DNA of 64,000 nt from NCBI GenBank assembly GCA_043821645.1, contig JBDRCO010000134.1, positions 32,001 to 96,000 of the forward strand, given 5' to 3'. This stretch comes from Pseudomonadota bacterium (lineage in GTDB: Bacteria; Myxococcota; JACRCW01; JAFGSX01). The first letter of the stretch is position 1. Each line of letters starts with the position of its first letter. Below are positions 30,266 to 40,154 of the stretch, one piece after another. The position numbers and the translations under genes are program-made. The notes under the pieces were generated by a model. The model was not told where the DNA came from and searched no databases. It worked only from the letters and a program-made list of their open reading frames with translations.

Positions 30266-31297
30266 CTACTTGCGCAGGATCTTGAGGACGGCGTCGAGGA
30301 TGTTTCGCAGTCGCTCGTTGTCGGTGCGGGAGCGCAGACGGACGATCTTGGGAACGGCCTTCGAGGCTCCTGCGTCGGCTAGGGCAAGTGCCGCGGCTCC
30401 CTGGATAAAGGGATCCGGGTCGTCCAGCAGTTCCTCGAGGGTCGCGCTGCCGAGGAGACCGCCGGTCACTCCGAGCAGGCGGATTGCGCGCGCCCGGTCA
30501 GCGCGCGTTTCCCCCTGGCGCGCCTCGTCGACAAGATCGTCGAGGTCGAGCAGGTTCTTCATGCTGGTGATGGAGGTGCGGAGTTCGTGCCGGACCGACT
30601 CTTCCTCGCCAGCGCGGTCATAGGCGTCCGCCAGAGCATCCACCACATCCTCGGCCGGGAAGCCCGCGAGCAAGCGGGCCGCGCTCGCTCGAACCTCGGC
30701 GTCCTCGGACTGCAGGGCAGGCAGCAACGCGCTCCGTGCCCGCTCGGCCGGGATCGCCGCCAGGACCTTCTCCACCTCGGCACGACGGCGGGGATCCGGT
30801 AGCACCTCGATCAGGACCTGTATCGCCTCGTCGTCACCACGAGCTGCGAGCTGCTTGATGCGAATGAAGGCGAGCGTCTGCTCGCGCTCACGACCCTCGA
30901 TCAGGTGCAGGCGGAAGGCCGCCACCACGCCTTCACCCTGGACCTCGCCCAGCGCCTTTTCGGAGAGCGATTGCACCAGGGAATCCGCGTCGCCCAGGGC
31001 CTGGAACAGGGGCCCCACCACCTTCTTGCCACCGATGAAACCCAGGGCGCTCGCCGAGGCGCCGCGCACAGCATAGGAATCATCGGCGCCCAGAGCTTCG
31101 ATCAGCGGTTGGGTCGCACGCTCATCGCGCAGCCGCCCGAGCACGGCGGCCGCCTGTGTGCGCACGCGGAAGCTGTCCGAGTTCTGCAGCTTGTCGATGA
31201 GGAGGGGCACAGGATCGCTCTGAGCTCGCGCAGCCGGCACCAGCAGCGCCATCAGGACACAGGAGGTGACTGTCCAGGCGCGCCAGCTGCGTTTCAC
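30266..31297 (-). CDS. Secreted HEAT-repeat protein
   Basis: Signal peptide (PAARA|QSD) and repeats VRTQAAAVLG, VRGASASALG and VRASAARLL. Confidence 0.8.
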   Translation of the reverse strand: MKRSWRAWTVTSCVLMALLVPAARAQSDPVPLLIDKLQNSDSFRVRTQAAAVLGRLRDERATQPLIEALGADDSYAVRGASASALGFIGGKKVVGPLFQALGDADSLVQSLSEKALGEVQGEGVVAAFRLHLIEGREREQTLAFIRIKQLAARGDDEAIQVLIEVLPDPRRRAEVEKVLAAIPAERARSALLPALQSEDAEVRASAARLLAGFPAEDVVDALADAYDRAGEEESVRHELRTSITSMKNLLDLDDLVDEARQGETRADRARAIRLLGVTGGLLGSATLEELLDDPDPFIQGAAALALADAGASKAVPKIVRLRSRTDNERLRNILDAVLKILRK

Positions 31298-31451
31298 GGC
31301 GTCGTCTCCTCTTCACTCACCATACATCATGGACAGGGATCCGCGCAAAAATCAGCCATGAGGTTGTTGGCTGGCACAGCGCGTGTGCTCGTCCAGGAAC
31401 CCTGGCGAGGACCGAGGTCCCACCCTCTCCCGGGTCCCTGGGGGGCGGAGG

Positions 31452-32852
31452 CTAGCGGAAGAACAGGAAGGTGATGAGCACGAAGGTGGGGATCAGGATG
31501 GCCCCGGACCAGGCCATGTAGCCGAAGAAGCTGGGGGTCTTGAGGCCGACCTCGTCGCTGATGGCCTTGACCATGAAGTTGGGACCGTTGCCGATGTAGG
31601 TGTTGGCCCCCATGAACACAGCTCCGACCGAGATCGCGGCCAGGATGTCCTCGCCCGAGGGTTTGCCCTCACTTCCGGGGAAGGCAATGAGGGTATGCAG
31701 GTTCATGGCATCGGTACCGAGGTAGCCCGAGGCGACAGAGGTGAAGGTGAGGTAGGTCGGGGCGTTGTCCAGGAACGACGACAGCATGCCCGTGGCCCAG
31801 AAGAAGTGCCACGGTCTGTGCAAGGGGAGATCGGGGCCCTTGGCCTCGAGGATGAGCAGGGCCGGAACCATGGCCACGAAGATCCCGACGAAGAGCACGG
31901 CCACCTCGGTGATGGCGTGGAACGAGAACTGGTTGTCCGCGCGAGGCTTCTTGGGGCCCGCAAAGTAGGACAGGAGTCCCAGCCCGACCATGCCGAGCTC
32001 GCGCAGGGGTATCCCGATGTGGTTGTCCGGTGCGCGCAGGATCCCGGGGAGGAAGAGCACGCAGAGGATCACGCCGCCAAGAAGCAGAAAATTGACCGCG
32101 CCGCTCACGCGCAGTGGTACGACGTGGGTCGCGTCGTAGCGGATGTCCTCGGGGTTCTCCTTCTTGTACGCGCGGCTGTCGATGACGAAGAAGATCGTGA
32201 GCACGATCAGTAACCCGACAGCCCATTCGAGCCAGAGCTTGAAGGTCCAGGCGAAGGGCACGCCCCGCAGGAATCCCAGGAACAGCGGAGGGTCACCCAG
32301 GGGTGTGAGCATGCCGCCCATGTTGGCCACGGTGAAGATGAAGAAGATCGGGATGTGTCGCGTGTTCTTGCGCTCAGAGTTGGTGCGCAGCAGGGGGCGG
32401 ATCAGCAGCATGGCTGCGCCGGTGGTGCCAATGAAGCTGGCCAGCACCGAGCCCAGCGACAGGAAGAGCAGGTTGTTGCGCGGTGTGGCCTTGATGTCGC
32501 CCTTGAGGAAAATCCCGCCCGAGATCACGAACAGGGACCCGAGCAGGATGATGAAGTCCATGTACTCGAACAGCGAGTGCACCAGGGCGTGCCAGTTGGT
32601 CGTCAGCAGGTAGATGGCCATGGGCACGCCGAACAGTGCCGCCACGATGCCCTTGTTGCGGTTGTGCTCCCACCAGTGCGGGATCACCAGGGGCAGCACG
32701 GCGATGCACAGCAGCAGTCCGGCAAAGGGCAGCACCAGCAGCGGGGACATGTGTGCCCCCGCGTGGCCCTCGCTGGCCAGGGCAGAACCGGGCCAGAGCG
32801 TGACCATGGCGCAGGCAAGCAGGGACAGCGCATGCAGCGGGCGGAACCTCAT
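31452..32852 (-). CDS. Putative sodium:proton antiporter (IT superfamily, CitMHS_2-like)
   Basis: IGTTGAAMLLIRP, LTPLGDPPLFLGFLRGVPF, SSFLDNAPTYL and GANTYIGNGPNFMVK motifs. Start MRFRPL after GAGGAG. Confidence 0.88.
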   Translation of the reverse strand: MRFRPLHALSLLACAMVTLWPGSALASEGHAGAHMSPLLVLPFAGLLLCIAVLPLVIPHWWEHNRNKGIVAALFGVPMAIYLLTTNWHALVHSLFEYMDFIILLGSLFVISGGIFLKGDIKATPRNNLLFLSLGSVLASFIGTTGAAMLLIRPLLRTNSERKNTRHIPIFFIFTVANMGGMLTPLGDPPLFLGFLRGVPFAWTFKLWLEWAVGLLIVLTIFFVIDSRAYKKENPEDIRYDATHVVPLRVSGAVNFLLLGGVILCVLFLPGILRAPDNHIGIPLRELGMVGLGLLSYFAGPKKPRADNQFSFHAITEVAVLFVGIFVAMVPALLILEAKGPDLPLHRPWHFFWATGMLSSFLDNAPTYLTFTSVASGYLGTDAMNLHTLIAFPGSEGKPSGEDILAAISVGAVFMGANTYIGNGPNFMVKAISDEVGLKTPSFFGYMAWSGAILIPTFVLITFLFFR

Positions 32853-33065
32853 GCTCGTCTCCTCGTGGCGATGCGGTGGACGCAGGTGACGCATCTGCTG
32901 GTTTTCATATCGTGCTACGCGAGACCCGGCAGCGCAGCGAGCCATTCCTATCCCGAGGCGGGTGCTTGAGCCGACCCGGCCTCCATGTCATCCTGTCGCG
33001 CATCCTAGAAGGGAGCGCGCAGCGAGGAAAGCTCTTTGCGACGCGCGTTCTGCTGGAGGCTCGCC

Positions 33066-33518
33066 GTGAAGGCATTCCATCGTATCCTGGCCTGCACCGA
33101 CTTCTCGACACCTGGCAACGCGGCCATCGAGGCGGCGATCGGGCTGTGCAAGGACAGCGGGACCACACTGATCCTGGTGCATGTTCTCGACGCGCCGCCG
33201 CCGGTCAATCCCATGTATGCGCACTACTACACGACGGGGGCGCTCGATCCGGCCCAGCGCGCCCAAGCCGAGGCCGAGGCCACCAAGGCCCTGCTCGACA
33301 TGGTGCCGCAGGCGCTGCGGAGCCTCGGAGTCCAGGTCGAGGTGCGCATCGGGCACGGTCTCCCCGTCGACGAGATCCAGCGCCTCGCCGATGCCGAGAA
33401 AGCGGACATGCTGGTGGTCGGCACCCAGGGCCACACGGGGCTGGCCGCGCTGATCCTGGGCAGCGTGGTGGACCGCATCGTGCGCCTGGCCAAGTGTCCG
33501 GTGCTGGTGGTGCGCTGA
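33066..33518 (+). CDS. Universal stress protein
   Basis: ILACTDFS and ADMLVVGTQGHTG....LGSV..RIVR.AKCPVLVVR motifs. GTG start after GGAGG. Confidence 0.92.
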   Translation: MKAFHRILACTDFSTPGNAAIEAAIGLCKDSGTTLILVHVLDAPPPVNPMYAHYYTTGALDPAQRAQAEAEATKALLDMVPQALRSLGVQVEVRIGHGLPVDEIQRLADAEKADMLVVGTQGHTGLAALILGSVVDRIVRLAKCPVLVVR

Positions 33519-33537
33519 AGATCCTGCCGTACGCGAA

Positions 33538-35067
33538 CTAGACGAAGATGTAGGCACCCTCGAGCGCGTTGTCGGGCTTGTTGACCTCGTTGGTGCCATC
33601 GAACTCGTGGCGACTGCCCCAGGCGTCGGTGAAGGTCTCGCCGTCGACGGTGTCCACGTACACGGCGTGTCCGTTGCCAAAGGCCACGACGCCGCTCTGG
33701 CCCTCGATGTCGTCGACGTCAATGCGCTTCACCTGGTCCTGCAAGCCCAGGTAGTGCGGGACCTCGGCGGTGTTCTCGCCATTGGCCAGGGAGCGAAGCG
33801 CCTCGGCGTAGGTCTGCGATCCCTCGTGTCCCAGCTCCTGCGCCCGCTTGGCCATGACCGCGTAGCACAGGGTGGCGTAGGAGCGCGCCTCGGGGCTATC
33901 GCCCTGGTAGTGGGCGCCGGTGGCCGCGGCCTCCAGCTCCTCGCGGCTCACCGCGACCTCCGAGCCGTCCTGCAGGGTCACCCGGTAGCCGCCGTCGTCG
34001 GTGCGCTCGGCGTCCTTGAAAACGTCGCTGCCGTAGCGATCCATCGCGGCCTTGATGACCGCCGTCGAGGCGCAGTTGCCTCTATCGGTCTGGCGCACGC
34101 CCTCGAACAGGTCGGCGTCGTCGAAACCCTGCCCGCTCTCGAGCACGCGCTGCAGGGCCTGGTCATCGCTCTGGGTCCACTGTCGCCCGGTCTCGGGGGT
34201 GGGGCTGTACTGGATGTTGCGGATGTCCTGCATGGCGATGTGGCCGTCCCGGCGATCACCCCGCCCCACGTCGAGAGCGTTGAACAGGTTGTCGTTGTCG
34301 AGGATGGCCTGGGCGGTATCGCGCAGTTCCTGTGGTGCGCTGTCGTCGGCCGCGACGATCTCGAGATCACGGCGGCTGATGATGCCGTCGGTCTTGCCGT
34401 CCTTGGCCGCGTCCACGAGATCGAAGTTTGCCTGGCGGCCCAGCACGTCGGCGACCTCATCCAGGGTGGGGCCACCCGGGCTGGCTGCTTGTTCCGAGAT
34501 CACGCGGTCGAGGTCCTTTTTGCTGAACACCCGGTCGACGCGCGGCCCGCCCGCGACATCCAGCGCGTTCAGGGCATTGGGGTCGGCCAGAAACTGCTGC
34601 GCAGCGGCGCGCAGGGACCAGGACGCGCTCGGGTCCGCGGCCACGGCCTGCAGGTCGGCCAGACCGAACGTGCCGTCGCGGCTGCCACCGGCGGCGGTGT
34701 CCAGACGATCCAGGTTGTCCCGCAAGATCTTGGCAGCGCGGCCGAGGTCCATGGTGGGCGTGCCGTCGTAGCCTGGCGGCGTGCTCGTGGTCGGGCTGGC
34801 GCTGGTGTTACTCAGGCCGCGTCGCAGGCTGTTCCGGCGCAGACGCGTGGGCGGCGGAGGTTCGCTCGCCTGGTCCTGGGCAAAGGAGCGCACGATCTGC
34901 GCGCTATGCCCCGGGGCGGGTCTGGTATCGAGCTTGTCGCGGTGCAGGGTACTGGCGAGGGTGCTTTGAACTCGGCTCGGCGCTGGCCGGATCGAGGGTG
35001 ACCCGGGGCTGGTGGCAATGCGCTGGGCCCTCGGCTGACTTTTCGAGCTGACCTTGTGGATGCTCAT
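33538..35067 (-). CDS. Hypothetical protein with EF-hand-like repeats and a C-terminal papain-like (Cys-His-Asp) domain
   Basis: S/P-rich N-terminus with no Sec signal. Repeats D.A.....DG.I/F...DL, then QTDRGNCAS...GHAVYV...TDAWG. Confidence 0.65.
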   Translation of the reverse strand: MSIHKVSSKSQPRAQRIATSPGSPSIRPAPSRVQSTLASTLHRDKLDTRPAPGHSAQIVRSFAQDQASEPPPPTRLRRNSLRRGLSNTSASPTTSTPPGYDGTPTMDLGRAAKILRDNLDRLDTAAGGSRDGTFGLADLQAVAADPSASWSLRAAAQQFLADPNALNALDVAGGPRVDRVFSKKDLDRVISEQAASPGGPTLDEVADVLGRQANFDLVDAAKDGKTDGIISRRDLEIVAADDSAPQELRDTAQAILDNDNLFNALDVGRGDRRDGHIAMQDIRNIQYSPTPETGRQWTQSDDQALQRVLESGQGFDDADLFEGVRQTDRGNCASTAVIKAAMDRYGSDVFKDAERTDDGGYRVTLQDGSEVAVSREELEAAATGAHYQGDSPEARSYATLCYAVMAKRAQELGHEGSQTYAEALRSLANGENTAEVPHYLGLQDQVKRIDVDDIEGQSGVVAFGNGHAVYVDTVDGETFTDAWGSRHEFDGTNEVNKPDNALEGAYIFV

Positions 35068-35120
35068 GGTGTCGTTCCTGCCAGGTGCCCATCTGTGTAT
35101 GACATCAACCGACAGGTGGG

Positions 35121-35128
35121 ATATCGGC
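35121..35128 (-). promoter_or_regulatory. Possible sigma28-like -10 element (GCCGATAT)
   Basis: Close match to the GCCGATAA/T consensus about 55 nt upstream of the 35067 start. No clear TAAA -35. Confidence 0.3.
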
Positions 35129-35291
35129 GTCAGAGGGGCTAAGGTCTCGAAAAAAAACGAGGACTCGGTCGGATGACCGATGCTTCAGAGCCGTCGCGGC
35201 AGCCCGGTGACGCGGCCGACCATCAGACAGTTATTCAATGAATACGGGTGGCTGAGAGGTCAATCCGACTGGAAAGTGCTGGAGTGGGCGA

Positions 35292-36752
35292 TCAGGTGCT
35301 CGCCGGGGCCCGGTGGCCGCGACCTCGGCGGCGGCGCGGGCGGCGAGTCTCGCCGGTGGCAGCGGGTGAGCTCGAGGCCGAACCTGTCTCGGCCCGGGGC
35401 CGCGGGTTGCCGGTGGCCCGCTGTGGGCTGCGAGGATCAAAGCGCGGCTTGGCAGCTGGCCGTGGCCACTGGGTTCCCTGTCCCGCCCTGCCGGTGCGCA
35501 GCGGCGTGCCCTGGCCCCGGCGATCTGCCTTGGCCGCTGAGCGTGCGCGCTCCTCGGCACGCCGGGCGCGAATTGCGGCGATGCACTCGCCGATGGGGAT
35601 CTCGAGGCGCCAGCTCGAGCGTGCGTTGTAGTCAAAGCCGTCGATACGGCGCCGCTGCAGGCTCTTGCCTACCGCGCGCTCGATGGCTGCCAGCTCGCTG
35701 GCCTCGTCGGGCGAGGCGAGGGTCAGGGCATCGCCGGTGGAGCTGGCGCGCGCGGTGCGCCCCACCCGGTGGATGTAGTCGTCGGCCTGCACGGGCACGT
35801 CGAAGTTGACCACGAAGGGCAGCGCCTCGACGTCGATGCCGCGGGCCGCGATATCGGTGGCGACCAGCACACGCAGATTGCCGCTCTTGAAGCTGGCCAG
35901 CACGGCCTCGCGCTGAGGCTGGCTGCGGTTGCCGTGGATGCGCTCGCAGGGCACTCCGGCACCCACCAGGAACTCGGCCAGACGGTTGGCGCGGTGCTTG
36001 GTCCGGGTGAACACCAGGGCGGTGCCGACCTCGTCCCGGCGCAGCAGCTCGAGCAGCAGCGCGGGCTTGAGCTGCTCGGGCACGGGGAGCACGGTCTGGC
36101 GCACACCGGTCGCCGGCGCGGAGCGGCGCTCGACGTCGATGCGCACGGGATCGTGCAGCAATTCGCGACTGAGGCTGACGATGGGCGCGGGCAGGGTGGC
36201 GGAGAACAGCAGGTTCTGGCGCTGTGCGGGCAAGGCCCTGAGGATGCGCTTGACGTCGGGCAAGAATCCCATGTCGAGCATGCGGTCGGCCTCGTCCAGC
36301 ACCAGCACTTCGACGCCATCGAGGCGGCACCAGGGCTGCTGCATGTGGTCGAGAAGCCGCCCCGGGGTGGCCACCACAACGTTGACTCCGGCGCGCAGGG
36401 CACGCTCCTGGGGGCCAGGCTTGACGCCACCGAACACCGCCGCCGAGGTGACCTGGGTATGGCGGCCCAGGGCGTTCAGGTGCTCCTCGACCTGGGCTGC
36501 GAGCTCGCGGGTGGGGGTCAGGATCAGGGCGCGGGTGCCCTGGCCCGGCTGACGGTGCAGACGCTGCAAGATGGGCAGCGCGAAGGCTGCGGTCTTGCCG
36601 CTTCCGGTCATGGCGCAGGCGAGCACATCGCGACCGGCCAGGCCTGGGGGCAGGGCCTTGTCCTGGATGGGGGTGGGCTCGGTGAAGCCGAGGTCCTCGA
36701 TGGCCTGCATCAAGACGGGGTCGAGGGAGAGATCTGAAAAACGTTGAGACAC
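35292..36752 (-). CDS. DEAD-box RNA helicase (RhlE-like)
   Basis: Q motif PTPIQ, then TGSGKT, PTRELA, TPGRL, DEAD, SAT, ARGID and HRVGRTAR. GTG start after AAGGA; basic C-terminal tail. Confidence 0.95.
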   Translation of the reverse strand: MSQRFSDLSLDPVLMQAIEDLGFTEPTPIQDKALPPGLAGRDVLACAMTGSGKTAAFALPILQRLHRQPGQGTRALILTPTRELAAQVEEHLNALGRHTQVTSAAVFGGVKPGPQERALRAGVNVVVATPGRLLDHMQQPWCRLDGVEVLVLDEADRMLDMGFLPDVKRILRALPAQRQNLLFSATLPAPIVSLSRELLHDPVRIDVERRSAPATGVRQTVLPVPEQLKPALLLELLRRDEVGTALVFTRTKHRANRLAEFLVGAGVPCERIHGNRSQPQREAVLASFKSGNLRVLVATDIAARGIDVEALPFVVNFDVPVQADDYIHRVGRTARASSTGDALTLASPDEASELAAIERAVGKSLQRRRIDGFDYNARSSWRLEIPIGECIAAIRARRAEERARSAAKADRRGQGTPLRTGRAGQGTQWPRPAAKPRFDPRSPQRATGNPRPRAETGSASSSPAATGETRRPRRRRGRGHRAPAST

Positions 36753-37029
36753 TGTACAAATCCTTGGAGCACGCGCCTTCACGAGGCGAAGTGCCCGAGC
36801 TGAGTTCCGGCTGATTGGAGGAACGGGAGACTTGCCGGGGAGGCTGCCGTCCGGGCCCAATGGACCCTGCATCTGATCCAGACGCGACACCAAGATGAAG
36901 GGTGTCTGTCCAGACCGTGGCGCACTTCGTGCACATCGCACCGCGCCTGTCGAGCCATATATCGCCCGGGCGGCGCCGCGCAGCTCCACGCCAGGGGGTC
37001 TCGAGATCTCGTCGGGCGCGCGACGGGGT

Positions 37030-38319
37030 TCAGGGCCTGGCGGTCAGGGCGCGCTCGACCGCATCCTCGAACACCGCCAGGGGCTTGGCGCCGAAGATCA
37101 CCTCATCGTTGATGACGAACGAGGGCGTGCCACGGAGTCCGGCAGCCCGCGCCTGCTCCTGGTGGCGCGCCAGCATGGCGCCGACCTCGGGACCCGCGGC
37201 ATCGCGGCGCAGCCTCTCGACGTCGAGCCCCAGGCTCGCGGCGCGCCCGAGGACACTGGCGTCGTCGAGGGCGTCCTGGTGGGCGAACAGATCATCGTGA
37301 AGATCGAAGAAGCGCCCCTGAAGGTGCGCAGCCAGGGCCCAGCGCGCCGCGCTCGTGGCATGGGTGTGAAAGGGTAGGGGGTTCATCATCAGGCACACGC
37401 GCAGACGCTTGGGGTAGCGATCCTCGAGGGCGTCAACCGTCTGCTTGGCCATCCCACAGTAGGGGCACTCGAAGTCGGTGAAGGCGACCAGCGTGACCGG
37501 GGCATCCAGCGGGCCACGACAGGGATCCTCGCCGGCGACCGTCACTCCGCCCACCACCCGGGTCCGGCCGGGATCGGCGCTCTGGCCCTGGTGCATCGCC
37601 TGCTGTAGCGCCTGGTACACCAGCGGTCTTGACACACCGGCGGCGAGAGCCAGGTCCGCGTCGCGCAGGGCCAGGCTGAAGGCCTGCTCGAAATCCTCGA
37701 AGGGGCGCATGCCCACCACGCGGTGGCCATTGAAGAAGAAGGTCGGCGTTCCCTTGACCCCGAGCGCCACGGCCTGCTCCTCGTCCCTGTCCACCGCCGC
37801 CAGCACGTCGTCACTCAGGCGATCGCGATCGAAGCGCTCGACGTCGACTCCCGCGTGCCGGGCATGCTGCTGCAGGTCCTCCGCGCCGAGGGCATGCTGG
37901 TGCGCAAAGGCCTTGTCGTGAAAGGGCCAGAACCGACCCTGGCGCTGCGCCGCCACGGCGGCCTCGGCGGCATCCCGGGCGAAGAAGTGCAGGGGCAGCG
38001 GTCGGTGCTTGAAGCACACGCGGAGCTCGCCGGGGTGCTGCTGCTCGAGGGTGTACAGGGTCTCCTGGGCGCGGGCGCAGTGGCTGCATTCGAAGTCCGA
38101 GAACTCGACCACCGTGACCCTCGCATCGACAGCACCGCGGCAGGGTGCCTCACCGAGTTCCACGGCGCGTCGTTCAGGATCTGCTGGCAGCTGCAGTGGC
38201 CGCGGAGCAGAGAGGGTCGCGGGCGTCGGCGAGGCGGACTCGGGAGTGGTCGCGCAGGCCAGGGCGATCCAGGGCAGGAGCCCGCTCGCCCAGACCAGCG
38301 TTCGTCGGAGGCGGGGCAT
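37030..38319 (-). CDS. Lipoprotein with two tandem DsbA/thioredoxin_4 domains
   Basis: Lipobox ALAC, active sites FSDFECSHC and FTDFECPYC, two GTP cis-Pro loops. Confidence 0.9.
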   Translation of the reverse strand: MPRLRRTLVWASGLLPWIALACATTPESASPTPATLSAPRPLQLPADPERRAVELGEAPCRGAVDARVTVVEFSDFECSHCARAQETLYTLEQQHPGELRVCFKHRPLPLHFFARDAAEAAVAAQRQGRFWPFHDKAFAHQHALGAEDLQQHARHAGVDVERFDRDRLSDDVLAAVDRDEEQAVALGVKGTPTFFFNGHRVVGMRPFEDFEQAFSLALRDADLALAAGVSRPLVYQALQQAMHQGQSADPGRTRVVGGVTVAGEDPCRGPLDAPVTLVAFTDFECPYCGMAKQTVDALEDRYPKRLRVCLMMNPLPFHTHATSAARWALAAHLQGRFFDLHDDLFAHQDALDDASVLGRAASLGLDVERLRRDAAGPEVGAMLARHQEQARAAGLRGTPSFVINDEVIFGAKPLAVFEDAVERALTARP

Positions 38320-38413
38320 CACGGGAACTCCTCTTATGAGGTGGTGGACGGGGCACCACAGCCGGGCTGAGCGCTCTGCTGGGCTCGCCCGACCACGATC
38401 GCGCAGCACAGGA

Positions 38414-40135
38414 TCAGGGGCAGGCGTCGAGGCCAAACACGGTGTTGACACGCCCTGCGGTGGGGGCGCCCCGGGAATGGCACCAGTTGCTGTCGAGATC
38501 CGGCGCGTCCGGGTTCAGGCGCTCGGCCGACACGCCCTCGACGAAGTTGTGGCTCTGGTTGTAAAGGCCCGCGGGTGCGCTGTAGCTGGTGACCAGGGGC
38601 GCCGCGGGATCATCGTCGGCACCCTGAAACAGGCCAATGGCCTTGCGCGTACTCTCGCTGTTCTCGATCCCGGACAGCAGGGTCGTGCGTGAGGTGCTCT
38701 CGTCGGTGAGCAGCAACGCCGCCTGGGGCACACCCAGGCTCACGGCGTCAAAACGATCACGTGCTCCCACCACCGCGTAGTTGCCGGGAGCCAGGGTGGT
38801 GGGGCCTCCGCTCGCCATGGGTGCCAGATTCATGGAGGCCGAGCCGTCGAGCTTGCGTAGGCTGAAGGCCGCGAGGTCGTAGCTCTCGCTCTCCGAGGCG
38901 TTGAAGATCTCGATGAACTCGTAGTAGGGCTCCGACTCGCCCGCCGGGCCTGGCATGGGGTTGGGATAGACCTCGTTGAGCACGAGCCGGGGCAGGCGCT
39001 GCGTGGTCAGCGGGTAAGGACCATTGATCAGTGGCGGGTTTGCGTAGGCGTCCAGGGACTCCACCGCGTAGTAGTAGGTGCGGCCGTTGCTCCCTCCGAG
39101 ATCGAGGCCGTCCACCACCACCACGTGCGCACAGCGCCGGGCGGCGCCCGAACCTTCGCAGCGCGAGGCCGGGACACCCACCACGCGTCGGGTCATGGCG
39201 CTGGCCGAATCACCGATGCGAACCACCGAGGTCGAGGGCTCATCGGTCTCCCAGCGAATGTCCGCGCTGTCCTCTGAGGCCACGGCGAGTGGTCCGCTGG
39301 TCAGCCGCGGAGGCGACAGGTCGGGCTGGGGCAAGGCTTGCAGGCCGCGGGAGTAGGCGACCAGGGGGACCCCATCCTCGTCGGTGATCGCACTGGTGGC
39401 GCGGAGTGTGTAAAGCGCGGCCGGGCACAAGGTGTAGCAGGCGCCACCGAGGTCCCCCAGGCGCAGGGTGGCCCGGGTTCGCTCGGCGTTCAGTTCGACG
39501 GCCTGTATCTCGGGTGTGGTGCCCGCGCCGTCCGCGACCAGGTTCAAGGACTGGTGGTTCACGCCGTACACGGGCTGGTCGAACTCGACCACGAGGGTGC
39601 GCAAGTTGGGCGGCACCTCTGCCGGGTTGCCACCGGGCAGGTCGGTGCTCACGACCTGGGGCGCACCGTCGTCGGTGACGAAGTCGTAGCGGAAGTGACT
39701 GGCCAGTCCGTCGTAGCCGACCAGCGGGTTGTTGTTCTCGTCGCTGACCTTCTCGCTGATGACCAGGGTCAGCTCGGTCGAGGGGGGCATGGGGTCGACT
39801 GGTGTCAGGCGCACGGTGGTGCTCCCGTCGGTGACGGCGAGGGTCAGCTCGAGGTGAGCCCGCGACAGGGGCGGATTGTTGAGATCGGAGATGAAGCTGT
39901 CGGTGACGCTGCTGGTCTCGGCGATGACGAGGTAGTCCGTGGTCAGGCGCAGCTTGGACATCGGCTCGCTGAAGCGGACCTCGAGGCTGTCGGTGGTGCG
40001 CACGGCGCGCGCGCCCGGCGATACCCCCACGACCCGCGGCGGAATGGCGTCTCCCGCGTCGATGTTGGTGTCGGGCAGACAGGCGCCGACCAGGAGGCCG
40101 GGCGTCACGAGCAAGACGGCGAATGCGGATCGCAT
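38414..40135 (-). CDS. Lipoprotein with Ig-like (Big_5) domains, an FN3-like domain and a C-terminal lamin-tail domain
   Basis: Lipobox VGAC, then VRFSEPM, VEFDQPV and WETDEPS. LTD motif LVLNEVYPNP....EFIEIFN and terminal TAGRVN. Confidence 0.8.
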   Translation of the reverse strand: MRSAFAVLLVTPGLLVGACLPDTNIDAGDAIPPRVVGVSPGARAVRTTDSLEVRFSEPMSKLRLTTDYLVIAETSSVTDSFISDLNNPPLSRAHLELTLAVTDGSTTVRLTPVDPMPPSTELTLVISEKVSDENNNPLVGYDGLASHFRYDFVTDDGAPQVVSTDLPGGNPAEVPPNLRTLVVEFDQPVYGVNHQSLNLVADGAGTTPEIQAVELNAERTRATLRLGDLGGACYTLCPAALYTLRATSAITDEDGVPLVAYSRGLQALPQPDLSPPRLTSGPLAVASEDSADIRWETDEPSTSVVRIGDSASAMTRRVVGVPASRCEGSGAARRCAHVVVVDGLDLGGSNGRTYYYAVESLDAYANPPLINGPYPLTTQRLPRLVLNEVYPNPMPGPAGESEPYYEFIEIFNASESESYDLAAFSLRKLDGSASMNLAPMASGGPTTLAPGNYAVVGARDRFDAVSLGVPQAALLLTDESTSRTTLLSGIENSESTRKAIGLFQGADDDPAAPLVTSYSAPAGLYNQSHNFVEGVSAERLNPDAPDLDSNWCHSRGAPTAGRVNTVFGLDACP

Positions 40136-40154
40136 GGCAGGACCTCTCGAACTC

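Noticed and set aside
35150-35180. Hairpin TCGGTC-ATCC-GACCGA plus T8 as terminator of the helicase gene
   Set aside because: The T run is separated from the 6-bp stem by 7 nt. Plausible but too weak to list as a feature.
35200-35290. GCTGAGA-containing, lower-GC intergenic stretch as a TPP riboswitch
   Set aside because: The downstream CCTGAT/TAATA/CGTAGGGA elements are missing, and the orientation is not upstream of a + strand gene.
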